The translations under genes and the position numbers were made by a program. Below, piece after piece: positions 5,711 to 13,001 of a DNA stretch of 24,000 nucleotides (within the stretch, counting starts at the first letter, position 1; the number at the start of each line of letters is the position of its first letter). A model generated the notes under the pieces. That model was not told the DNA's origin, searched no databases, and worked only from the letters and a program-made list of their open reading frames with translations. The stretch comes from Aliivibrio fischeri ES114 (GTDB taxonomy: Bacteria; Pseudomonadota; Gammaproteobacteria; Enterobacterales; Vibrionaceae): assembly GCF_000011805.1 (NCBI RefSeq), contig NC_006841.2; one strand, 5' to 3'.

Positions 5711-6168
5711 ACGATCTTTGTCAACGCTTCGCTTTAATTGGTAAAGAACTGATTTACCAATAATATTTAGAAACCAATTCTAAATTACAAAAGCTAATTT
5801 AGCGAACAAAAGAACCGTTCAACTACAAAAACTGCGAAACGAAACAATCCTTTTTCTAGCACCATTTGTACGATTTAGTATCAGCAAGTTTGGAGCTGAT
5901 AAATCAAATATCTTTGCCACAATTGGGATTGATAATGTTGTGAGGAAAACACTGATGCAGGATAAAATGAGGCATAACCAAAGAACAATTGAAGCGTAAA
6001 AATATCTCTGAAACGCCTGAACTTAGATCGACAATAGTCAATTGCCGAACCAAATGAAATGAAAGCTAAAAGGAAACAAAGAAGAAGGAAAACTACCCTA
6101 CTTTAACATCTAAAAATCGAATGGTTCTATCGCTGAACTGAGCCAAAAAACTGCAATCTTTAGTTCGT
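5711..6168 (-). other. ORF-less integron cassette, paralog B (candidate structured non-coding element)
   Basis: 458 bp with no track ORF, alignable to 2772-3230. Hairpins at 5737-5761, 5879-5901 (extendable to 5873-5909) and 6123-6144. Confidence 0.6.
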
Positions 6169-6291
6169 GTAACGCCGCAATAACACGTTTATTACTACGA
6201 CGACTTAGCTGAATTTTACCGCCTTAAACACCTAAACCAAAGACAAACCTACAACGCCGAATGTAATAAATCGTGTTGATTGCTTTGTTAT
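6169..6291 (-). repeat. Integron attC site (cassette 4)
   Basis: GTAACGCCGCAATAACACGTTTATTAC...GTAATAAATCGTGTTGATTGCTTTGTTAT. Positions 6170-6291 are identical to 4451-4572. Confidence 0.9.
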
Positions 6292-6396
6292 GCGGCACAA
6301 ATAAAATTAATAGTGTGGAACCAAGGTACTACCCACAGTTACATTAACCAAAAATGGTTACGATACTTAAAACTTGCACAAAACTAAGAGAACAGA
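6292..6396 (+). promoter_or_regulatory. Conserved upstream region of the reverse-oriented membrane-protein gene, copy 2
   Basis: Paralog of 4034-4138 with 5 differences in 105 bp. This non-coding stretch is at least as conserved as the coding region that follows it. Confidence 0.35.
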
Positions 6397-6699
6397 ATGG
6401 ATGCTATTGCTCATTTAATTATCATTTTAGGGAATCCATTTGCATATAAAATTGGACACCTAATTATTTCAATTTTAAGTCTTGGTAAATTGTCCATTCA
6501 ACCATTACCAACTAAATTTTCTGCTAATTTCGTGCAAGCCTTTGACGAAGATAAGGTCGTAGAAAACCAAAATAAACAAAACTACTCAATATCATATGGA
6601 GTTACCCTTTCCATTGGTTACGCTGTAACTATAGCTATCCTTGGAACCCTATTATTTTATAATATTGATAGTTTTATTGAAGCTCAAACATCAGAATAA
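6397..6699 (+). CDS. Small two-TM membrane protein (100 aa), reverse-oriented in cassette, copy 2
   Basis: Paralog of 4139-4441. Same length and same TM layout. Confidence 0.72.
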   Translation: MDAIAHLIIILGNPFAYKIGHLIISILSLGKLSIQPLPTKFSANFVQAFDEDKVVENQNKQNYSISYGVTLSIGYAVTIAILGTLLFYNIDSFIEAQTSE

Positions 6700-6708
6700 A
6701 ACACCCGC

Positions 6709-6829
6709 ATAACGCCTGCATAACACGTTTGCTACCATGTAGATTAAGTCCAAATTTACCACTAAACACGGTAAACCCAAAGAAACCTAGAATGCCGAAT
6801 GTAGCAAATCGTGTTGATGCATTTGTTAT
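6709..6829 (-). repeat. Integron attC site (cassette 3)
   Basis: ATAACGCCTGCATAACACGTTTGCTAC...GTAGCAAATCGTGTTGATGCATTTGTTAT, 121 bp. Confidence 0.9.
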
Positions 6830-6840
6830 GTGCGATATTT

Positions 6841-7239
6841 CTACGCATTCCATTCTTTGTTTTGAAGCACAATTCTATAACCATCAATATCTTCAAATGT
6901 TTTACCAACAATATCCCAATATTTATTATAAGAAGAAACTATTTCAAAACCGGCTATCACCATTCTTTCACAGCATTCCACCCAAATATCATTATCAGAA
7001 AAATAGAATACAAGTAGATTATCTTGAGTTGGAGCTTTACCTACCATTTTCCCTTTATGGTGAGTAAACTCTAAGTGATAATTATGCTTTTCATGACCAA
7101 TTATTGAGCCATCAAAACCATTGTGATCTTCAAAAGTTCCTAATAACTGAAATCCCAAACCATTCACATACATCTCTGTAATTTTATGAAGATTATCAGT
7201 TGGTCGAGCAACTCTCATTTTTGAAGTTTGAGGTATCAT
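6841..7239 (-). CDS. VOC / glyoxalase-bleomycin resistance fold protein (YycE-like)
   Basis: The MRVARPTDNL...GLGF...HLEFTHH...FEDIDGYRIVL pattern indicates a VOC fold. The track ORF starts at 7266 with an ATG created by the attC junction. The ATG at 7239 has AAGGAAA 5 nt upstream and is preferred; 7218 is another possible start. Confidence 0.82.
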   Translation of the reverse strand: MIPQTSKMRVARPTDNLHKITEMYVNGLGFQLLGTFEDHNGFDGSIIGHEKHNYHLEFTHHKGKMVGKAPTQDNLLVFYFSDNDIWVECCERMVIAGFEIVSSYNKYWDIVGKTFEDIDGYRIVLQNKEWNA

Positions 7240-7264
7240 GAAATTTCCTTTTCCTTTTTTGCAC

Positions 7265-7386
7265 ATAACGCCTGCATAACACGTTTGCTACTATGCAATT
7301 ATACTTAATATTGACGCCTTAAAACGAGAAACACCCGGCAAACTGAGATTGCCGAGTGTAGTAAATCGTGTTGATGCATTTGTTAT
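7265..7386 (-). repeat. Integron attC site (cassette 2)
   Basis: ATAACGCCTGCATAACACGTTTGCTAC...GTAGTAAATCGTGTTGATGCATTTGTTAT, 122 bp. Confidence 0.9.
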
Positions 7387-7509
7387 AACGCTGCCAATAC
7401 TTTTCACCCATCCTATTAGGCATTGAGTATAAAGGATAATATCTATCACTATGCGACTTGAATTTTTTAAGGCATTCACACTAAATGATAGCTCAAAACT
7501 CTTTACCCT

Positions 7510-7881
7510 TTAGTAAAGTCTTTTTAGCCCTTCATCACAAGCATACATAGATTTTGAGTTGCCTTTATAGCCATAGTTCGTCTTATATTCCCATTTATAA
7601 CCAACATATCCACCATAGCTATTTTTCGCATTGTAACGAATGCAATATCCCTTATTTTCTTCAACTGGTTTCTTCACTGAAGGCTCCCAATATTGAAAGA
7701 TATCAGCAAACTTAGCGCTATCCGGATCTTTTAGTGATGATTTCAAATCATCTAATGCCTTTACAATTTCTATTGGTGGCTTAGACATATCAATCTTTTC
7801 ATATGTAAGGTTTTCACTAGAAGTCGACTTACAACCTAAAAGGGATAAAGTGAACATTACAACTAATATTAATTTCTTCAT
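7510..7881 (-). CDS. Lipoprotein of unknown function (123 aa)
   Basis: Signal peptide with lipobox MKKLILVVMFTLSLLGC. GGAGGA RBS 5 nt upstream. Confidence 0.75.
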   Translation of the reverse strand: MKKLILVVMFTLSLLGCKSTSSENLTYEKIDMSKPPIEIVKALDDLKSSLKDPDSAKFADIFQYWEPSVKKPVEENKGYCIRYNAKNSYGGYVGYKWEYKTNYGYKGNSKSMYACDEGLKRLY

Positions 7882-7961
7882 TGATTCCTCCGCTTAAAAT
7901 ATAAAGTATATGGTACCATATATTTCACTGAAGTCTATTATGCGCTACGACTACATGCGTT

Positions 7962-8082
7962 ATAACGCCTGCATAACACGTTTACTACCAAGCAATTATA
8001 CTTAAAATTGACGCATTAAAACGAGAAACACCCGACAACCTGAGATGCCGAGTGTAGTAAATCGTGTTGATGCAATTGTTAT
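7962..8082 (-). repeat. Integron attC site (cassette 1)
   Basis: ATAACGCCTGCATAACACGTTTACTAC...GTAGTAAATCGTGTTGATGCAATTGTTAT, 121 bp. The stop of the 8079 ORF lies inside its terminal core. Confidence 0.9.
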
Positions 8083-8504
8083 AACTCTTTCACTAAAAAG
8101 TACGTGGTATGCCCTTTCGGTGAATCATTTATTTCACCGTAGACTCTATAACCATTTTTTTCGTAAAACGGTTTCGCTTGAAAGTCTAAAGTTTCAGTTC
8201 GTATTTGTTGAAGTCCTTTTTCTTTTGAAAAAAGTTCAAGTTCAGTCATCAATTTGCTACCAATTCCAGAGCCTCTGGTTTCCTCTGATAGCCATAACAA
8301 CTCTAATACACAGTAACTCCAAACCACGCTAGCTTGAATCCCACCAATTATTTCGTTCTCATCATTTCGAGCAAAAAGAGCAAACCTAAAACCGGCATCA
8401 AACGAATCATCATTTGGAAGAAATTTTTCGTTAAAAGCAGAGATACCATCGCTTATTCTTTTAAGATCAGCATCCAAAGGCGACGTTGCTAATTCTATTT
8501 TCAA
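8079..8504 (-). CDS. GNAT family N-acetyltransferase (first cassette)
   Basis: 141 aa. Acetyl-CoA binding motif RGSGIGSKLM and C-terminal FYEKNGY. TTG start with GGAG 6 nt upstream. Confidence 0.85.
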   Translation of the reverse strand: MKIELATSPLDADLKRISDGISAFNEKFLPNDDSFDAGFRFALFARNDENEIIGGIQASVVWSYCVLELLWLSEETRGSGIGSKLMTELELFSKEKGLQQIRTETLDFQAKPFYEKNGYRVYGEINDSPKGHTTYFLVKEL

Positions 8505-8826
8505 AATTTACTCCATATTAAACTTAAAAAGTTATAACATTTAATTATACCCACCACATTCGTAATCTCTACTGAATATATTTCTGTACGTATAAACTCA
8601 ACATTCTATTTCAAAACCAATAACCTAGCACCTAAAACCACTGAAACTTCAAAAGAATTATACGTAATTGGTTCGTATATCTCACTTTTAGCCTTACATG
8701 CATGTAACTGATTAAATAGACAATTCCATCAAAATTTAATCAAACCTCCAAATATACGAACCCAAATTGAAACTCTAGTGAGGTGACTTACACTCAATAC
8801 ACCATTAACAACCACGAACAAAGCAA
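8505..8826. promoter_or_regulatory. attI recombination site plus divergent intI / cassette promoter region
   Basis: The minus strand AAATG|TTATAAC at 8531-8540 carries the same G|TTAT crossover core as every cassette junction. Four alternating CGTATA/TATACG motifs lie at 8589, 8659, 8674 and 8754. A possible PintI is TTGAAA-N16-TACACT (about 8768-8795). Exact attI limits and Pc were not determined. Confidence 0.6.
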
Positions 8827-9810
8827 ATGGATATCCCATTAGATCTTAAACCAGATTCACAACGCTTCACCGATCAACTTCGAATTTTCATTCGAACACG
8901 TGCGCTAGCCTATAATACAGAGAAACAATACATATATTGGATAAGTTGCTTTATTCGTCATAACAACTACACATCAAAAGACGAAATTAACGCCTTTGAT
9001 ATACCAGCCTACCTTGAGCACTTAGTCGTAAAACAGAACGTATCGCCAAATACCCAAAAAACCGCGTTAAACGCACTCATATTTTTATGTCGCGAATACC
9101 TACAACAATCAGTCGATAACCTTGAATTTAAACGTTCTAAAAAAGCCACTAAATTGCCAACTGTATTTACTCATGGTGAAGCCATCTCCGTTATAAATGA
9201 ACTTAACCACCCCACTAAGCTGATTGCACAACTTATGTATGGGAGCGGTTTACGAATAAACGAAGCATTAAGGCTAAGAGTAGATGACATCGATCTTATC
9301 CATAAAACCATCACCATAAGAAATGGGAAAGGTAATAAAGACAGGACTACTGTACTACCCGAGAGCATCATTCCAGAGCTTAAAACGCAACTCGAGTTTG
9401 TAAAACAACAACATAAAATGGATGCAATAAACGGGGATGATGAAGTTTATCTACCTAATGCCATTGCAAAAAAATACCCTCACAGAGCAAAAAGTTATGG
9501 TTGGCAATATGTGTTTCCTTCAAAACAGATCAGCAAAGATCCACGTTCAGGTCAGCATCGTCGACACCACATGTTAGATAGAAGCGTTCAAAAACAAGTA
9601 ACCAATGCAATAAAAAAACTTGAGATAGATAAGAAAGCCAGCAGCCACACATTTAGGCATAGCTTTGCGACACGAATTTTAGAACGGGGTGGAGATCTAA
9701 GGACAATACAAGAATTATTGGGTCATTCTGATATCAAAACGACCCAAATTTATACTCACGTAATAGGCTTACACTTCTCAGGAACGAAAAGCCCATTAGA
9801 CTTTGATTAA
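8827..9810 (+). CDS. intI: Integron integrase (tyrosine recombinase IntI)
   Basis: 327 aa. Catalytic blocks [25 protein letters not shown] and [15 protein letters not shown] (R-H-R-Y). It also has the IntI-specific additional segment [39 protein letters not shown]. The gene is divergent from the attC array. Confidence 0.95.
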   Translation: MDIPLDLKPDSQRFTDQLRIFIRTRALAYNTEKQYIYWISCFIRHNNYTSKDEINAFDIPAYLEHLVVKQNVSPNTQKTALNALIFLCREYLQQSVDNLEFKRSKKATKLPTVFTHGEAISVINELNHPTKLIAQLMYGSGLRINEALRLRVDDIDLIHKTITIRNGKGNKDRTTVLPESIIPELKTQLEFVKQQHKMDAINGDDEVYLPNAIAKKYPHRAKSYGWQYVFPSKQISKDPRSGQHRRHHMLDRSVQKQVTNAIKKLEIDKKASSHTFRHSFATRILERGGDLRTIQELLGHSDIKTTQIYTHVIGLHFSGTKSPLDFD

Positions 9811-9816
9811 CAATAG

Positions 9817-9990
9817 TTACATTTCATATTGGCGATGTTTTAGTGAATAGAAAATAGCTCTAATCGCTTTCGCCAAAAAGAAAACAGCAACAACAACAAA
9901 AAACTTACTAACAATAAAGCCCGGAGTTAAATAAGAAACAATCGCACAAAAAGCGCCAATTAAGGCCGATAACATCCACTCTTTTTGCAT
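9817..9990 (-). CDS. Small membrane protein (57 aa), below the ORF-track cutoff
   Basis: MQKEWMLSALIGAFCAIVSYLTPGFIVSKFFVVVAVFFLAKAIRAIFYSLKHRQYEM has two hydrophobic helices. Its ATG lies 2 nt after the HDOD stop (TAATCATG), suggesting coupling. No clear SD. Confidence 0.4.
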   Translation of the reverse strand: MQKEWMLSALIGAFCAIVSYLTPGFIVSKFFVVVAVFFLAKAIRAIFYSLKHRQYEM

Positions 9991-9992
9991 GA

Positions 9993-10817
9993 TTACACAA
10001 CTAATCGAGCCATTTCGACACCCGAACCTCTTACTTCATCAATGTGCTCAATCACATTCTCATTCACAAATAAAATATCCACTTCAATCTGCTCAGAAAG
10101 CCATACTTTTTTAGCATCACGTGTTTCAAGTTTATCCCATTCACGATTAATCGCATTCGCCAAACGAACCGTTGCTGCCAGTGGAGAATAAATGTTATCA
10201 ACTTTTGGTTCGTATTGTTCAGAAATAGCAAAAACCAACTCTTTAGAGAAACTCCAACTCTCAGCCAATTTAGCACCTAAAACTGCACTATCTGTATTGA
10301 TAGTTGAACGTTGTGCACTAACTTTCGATCTACCCGCTTCCATTTTCTCAAAGATCTCAGGAACTTTATCTGCCATAACAGTATAAATCATCAAATCACC
10401 GATGTTATGCAGCATACCCGCAGTAAAAGCGTCATTAGGGTTAACTGAACAACTTTCACCAATGGCTTTACTTAATACCGCAACTTCAAAAGTTTCTTGC
10501 CAAAAATTTTCTAGATCTATCACTTCAACATAAGGAAAAGCACTGACAAGCGAAGAAGCAATAATCAGAGTTTTAAGCGGTTCAAGACCTAAGCGTACAA
10601 CCGCTTGGTTAACTGATGATACGCTCTTACCACGCGAGAAATGCGCAGAGTTAGCCAAACGTAATACACGACCACTCACCACTTGCTCAAGCGAAATTGT
10701 TTTTGATAAATCTTGCAACTCAACGTCAGGATCATTTACCAATTCCATCATTTCACGGATCACTTTCGGAATTTTTGGTAACTCGTGAGCATGACTTAAA
10801 ATTTCATTTTGTTCCAT
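9993..10817 (-). CDS. HDOD domain-containing signalling protein
   Basis: The pattern LPKIPKVIREMMELVNDPDV...LSKTISLEQVVSGRVLRLANSAHF...LGLEPLKTLI...HNIGDLM is typical of HDOD. The ATG at 10817 has GGAGA 6 nt upstream and is preferred over the track TTG at 10835. Confidence 0.85.
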   Translation of the reverse strand: MEQNEILSHAHELPKIPKVIREMMELVNDPDVELQDLSKTISLEQVVSGRVLRLANSAHFSRGKSVSSVNQAVVRLGLEPLKTLIIASSLVSAFPYVEVIDLENFWQETFEVAVLSKAIGESCSVNPNDAFTAGMLHNIGDLMIYTVMADKVPEIFEKMEAGRSKVSAQRSTINTDSAVLGAKLAESWSFSKELVFAISEQYEPKVDNIYSPLAATVRLANAINREWDKLETRDAKKVWLSEQIEVDILFVNENVIEHIDEVRGSGVEMARLVV

Positions 10818-10839
10818 ATTCTTTCTCCACAACAAGTCG

Positions 10840-11265
10840 CTACTTTTTCTTTTTCATCACAGCCACAGTAAAGCGGCTTGTGCAGACTAAGCGGTCTCGT
10901 TGATCTTTAATATCAATCACCCAAACGTGGGTGGTTGCACCTAAATGTAAAGGCTTGGCCGTGGCGAAAACAGTTCCTTCACGTACAGCTCTAATATGGT
11001 TGGCATTTATCTCTAGACCAACACAATATTTTGATTCATCAACACACCAGTTTGCCGCGATAGAAGCAACAGACTCAGCTAATGCTACTGATGCTCCACC
11101 ATGAAGCATGCCTAATGGTTGGTGAACCGTTGAAGTCACAGGCATAGATGCAGTAATCGAATTATCATCATATGCGCAATATTCAATGCTTAACGCTTCC
11201 ATCAAGGTATTACGAGACGTCGTGTTTAAGACAGTTAAATCCATCTCACGTTTCCAAATACTCAT
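10840..11265 (-). CDS. Hotdog-fold acyl-CoA thioesterase (PaaI/YbdB family)
   Basis: Blocks LGMLHGGASVALAESVAS and HLGATTHVW. The ATG at 11265 (MSIWKRE...) has GGGAG 5 nt upstream. The track start at 11334 is probably an over-extension. Confidence 0.85.
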   Translation of the reverse strand: MSIWKREMDLTVLNTTSRNTLMEALSIEYCAYDDNSITASMPVTSTVHQPLGMLHGGASVALAESVASIAANWCVDESKYCVGLEINANHIRAVREGTVFATAKPLHLGATTHVWVIDIKDQRDRLVCTSRFTVAVMKKKK

Positions 11266-11409
11266 TTTCACTCCCAATGTAACCGTTAATATATATATCG
11301 ACAGTTTACACTCAACCTGTACGTTGAAAAACATATTTTCGCTTGTTGAACGCTTTTACTAACTGATAAACTTCACAAAAATATTTGGTTTAACTCATGT
11401 AGGATAACT

Positions 11410-12114
11410 ATGTTAAATAAAAGCATGATTACTAACTTGATTTCGTTAATCTTGTTAGGTATTGGTTATTACACGCAACAAAACACACTCTATTATATCG
11501 GCCTATTTGCTTTCTCTGGAGCATTAACAAACTGGCTTGCTATTCACATGTTGTTTGAAAAGGTTCCAGGTCTTTATGGTTCAGGGGTTATTCCTGCACG
11601 CTTTGAAGAGTTTAAAGCCAGCATTAAGCGTTTGATGATGGATCAATTTTTCACCAAAGCAAACGTAGATAAGTTTTTATCGAATGAGATGAGCTCTGTC
11701 ACTAACATTAATCTAGAGCCTGTGATTGATAAGATCGACCTTTCACCAGCTTTTGATTCTTTGGTTGAAGTGATCATGAACTCTCAATTTGGTGGCATGC
11801 TTGCGATGTTTGGTGGTCAAGAAGCCATTGATCCAATGCGTGAACCGTTTATTGAAAAAATGAAAGCATCAATTACTGAGATCAGTCAGCAAGAGCAGTT
11901 TAAACAAGCACTAAAAGAAGAGCTTGAAGCGCCAGAAATGATGGAAGACATTCAATCGACGATTGAGGATATTATTGACCAACGCCTAAATGAACTTACC
12001 CCTAAGATGGTGAAAGAAATGGTTCAGGATATGATCAAAAATCACCTAGGGTGGCTTGTAGTTTGGGGTGGTATTTTCGGCGGTGTTATCGGAATGCTTT
12101 CTACGCTAATTTAA
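11410..12114 (+). CDS. DUF445-like membrane protein
   Basis: 234 aa. N-terminal TMs carry TNWLAIHMLFEKVPG and the C-terminal TM carries WLVVWGGIFGGVIGML. AGGA RBS. The family name is from memory of the DUF445 pattern. Confidence 0.7.
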   Translation: MLNKSMITNLISLILLGIGYYTQQNTLYYIGLFAFSGALTNWLAIHMLFEKVPGLYGSGVIPARFEEFKASIKRLMMDQFFTKANVDKFLSNEMSSVTNINLEPVIDKIDLSPAFDSLVEVIMNSQFGGMLAMFGGQEAIDPMREPFIEKMKASITEISQQEQFKQALKEELEAPEMMEDIQSTIEDIIDQRLNELTPKMVKEMVQDMIKNHLGWLVVWGGIFGGVIGMLSTLI

Positions 12115-12166
12115 TCCATGCCAAGCTCTAAGATACCCAGGTTTTAAATACCAATGTCTTAGATAC

Positions 12167-12199
12167 AAAAATGCCAGCATTTATACGCTGGCATTTTTT
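12167..12199. terminator. Bidirectional intrinsic terminator between convergent genes
   Basis: AAAA-ATGCCAGC-atttatac-GCTGGCAT-TTTTT. The 8-bp stem is perfect, flanked by an A-run and a T-run. Confidence 0.75.
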
Positions 12200-12216
12200 A
12201 TGGATTCAATCTCAAA

Positions 12217-12417
12217 TTAATGGATTGGTGCGCTATCGTCAGCACTGAATTTACCAAAGTGCGCTTCAAGCACTTCTGGTGTTAACTCACCCGCTTCTTC
12301 AAGACGTTTTAGCTCAGCAACAATGGCTTTTTGCTCTTCAATTGATGGCAACGCTTCTTCTGGTTTATCAGCTTCTTGTTGAACCATTTCTTGAAGTTCT
12401 TTTTCAAAATCACTCAT
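12217..12417 (-). CDS. Small acidic hypothetical protein (66 aa)
   Basis: The ORF has helical, Glu-rich composition and ends just before the bidirectional terminator. The RBS is weak. Confidence 0.55.
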   Translation of the reverse strand: MSDFEKELQEMVQQEADKPEEALPSIEEQKAIVAELKRLEEAGELTPEVLEAHFGKFSADDSAPIH

Positions 12418-12800
12418 GATTATTTTCTCAATTCATAAAAACAATTAGAGGGATTCTACAAGAGAATAGAAACCAATTGCAATGATTGAGTATAAGTTAA
12501 TGATAATTAAATGATTTATATCAGACACTGAAGTGTGTGTGTATTTATATGCACAATTTATTTTACAATGATTTGAAGCCAATCGGCTTGTTTTGAGGAG
12601 AAGATAGAATAAAAAAAGGGCCGTAAATGTAATCCTTTGGCTCTAACTATCGAAATCGAAAAATGTGACAGCAAGCTTGCAACTAACGAACGTATAAACG
12701 AGATACATCAGTATATAATGCGTAATAGTCTCTTATGCCCCAAAAGTCAAAATAGTAACAACCATTCCAGTTATTGCTAACAGTGCATACATACGAGATT

Positions 12801-12917
12801 ATGCCTAGAATTGTTGGCAATGGGATCTGTAAGGCTGTAGGTATTGCCTCTGGCGTTGTAGCTGGTGGTGTTCGAGACAAGATCCAAAAGTGGCACATCA
12901 TCAGGCGGAAGCCATAA
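12801..12917 (+). CDS. Candidate 38-aa Gly/Ala/Val-rich membrane peptide with basic tail
   Basis: MPRIVGNGICKAVGIASGVVAGGVRDKIQKWHIIRRKP, found by hand translation. It is followed by a hairpin with a T-run at 12969-12996. The RBS is weak. It lies antisense to track ORF 12683-12901, which looks non-biological. Confidence 0.3.
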   Translation: MPRIVGNGICKAVGIASGVVAGGVRDKIQKWHIIRRKP

Positions 12918-12968
12918 CGGAAATAAAAGCTCTACTTCTTGTCTTGGGGCTTGCCACCAATAAAATAT

Positions 12969-12996
12969 AAAAAACCGCCGATAATGGCAGTTTTTT
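12969..12996. terminator. Terminator hairpin downstream of the wHTH gene (also usable from the plus strand)
   Basis: AAAAAACCGCC-gataat-GGCAGTTTTTT has one mismatch in the stem and A/T runs on both sides. It is near-identical to the hairpin at 13445-13470. Confidence 0.6.
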
Positions 12997-13001
12997 GTAT
13001 T

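Larger units (their letters stand above)
1..9810. mobile_element. Sedentary chromosomal integron: intI, attI region and >=14 gene cassettes (array runs off the left edge)
   Basis: The intI CDS (8827-9810, +) diverges from an array of 13 same-orientation attC repeats (387-8082) spaced about 420-920 bp apart. Most cassette ORFs are on the minus strand, co-directional with the attC sites and reading away from attI. Confidence 0.92.

Noticed and set aside
387-8082. Regularly spaced repeats that could be mistaken for a CRISPR array
   Set aside because: The repeats are 103-123 bp imperfect palindromes with ATAAC/GTTAT cores. The intervening segments are 420-920 bp and gene-sized, and an intI gene flanks the array. 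These are attC sites, not CRISPR repeats.
510-8332. Track ORFs running through attC repeats (510-731+, 4554-4742+, 6729-7067+, 6811-7017+, 7291-7479-, 8045-8332+)
   Set aside because: They start or run inside the conserved attC sequence, which explains recurring peptides such as MPNVANRVDAFV. They lie antisense to well-supported cassette genes and lack an RBS.
8570-8589. LexA-box-like TACTGAATATATTTCTGTAC, and a second candidate CTG-N10-CAA at 8708-8723, upstream of intI
   Set aside because: The first has CTG in both halves in direct rather than inverted orientation. The second lacks the final G of CTG-N10-CAG. Neither matches the CTGT-N8-ACAG palindrome well enough to call, so SOS control of this intI remains open.
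12683-12901. 72-aa minus-strand track ORF (MMCHFWILSRTPPATTPEAIP...)
   Set aside because: The composition is implausible (Pro/Thr/Cys/Trp-rich with no domain pattern) and there is no RBS. It lies antisense to a more protein-like small plus-strand ORF that is followed by a terminator.
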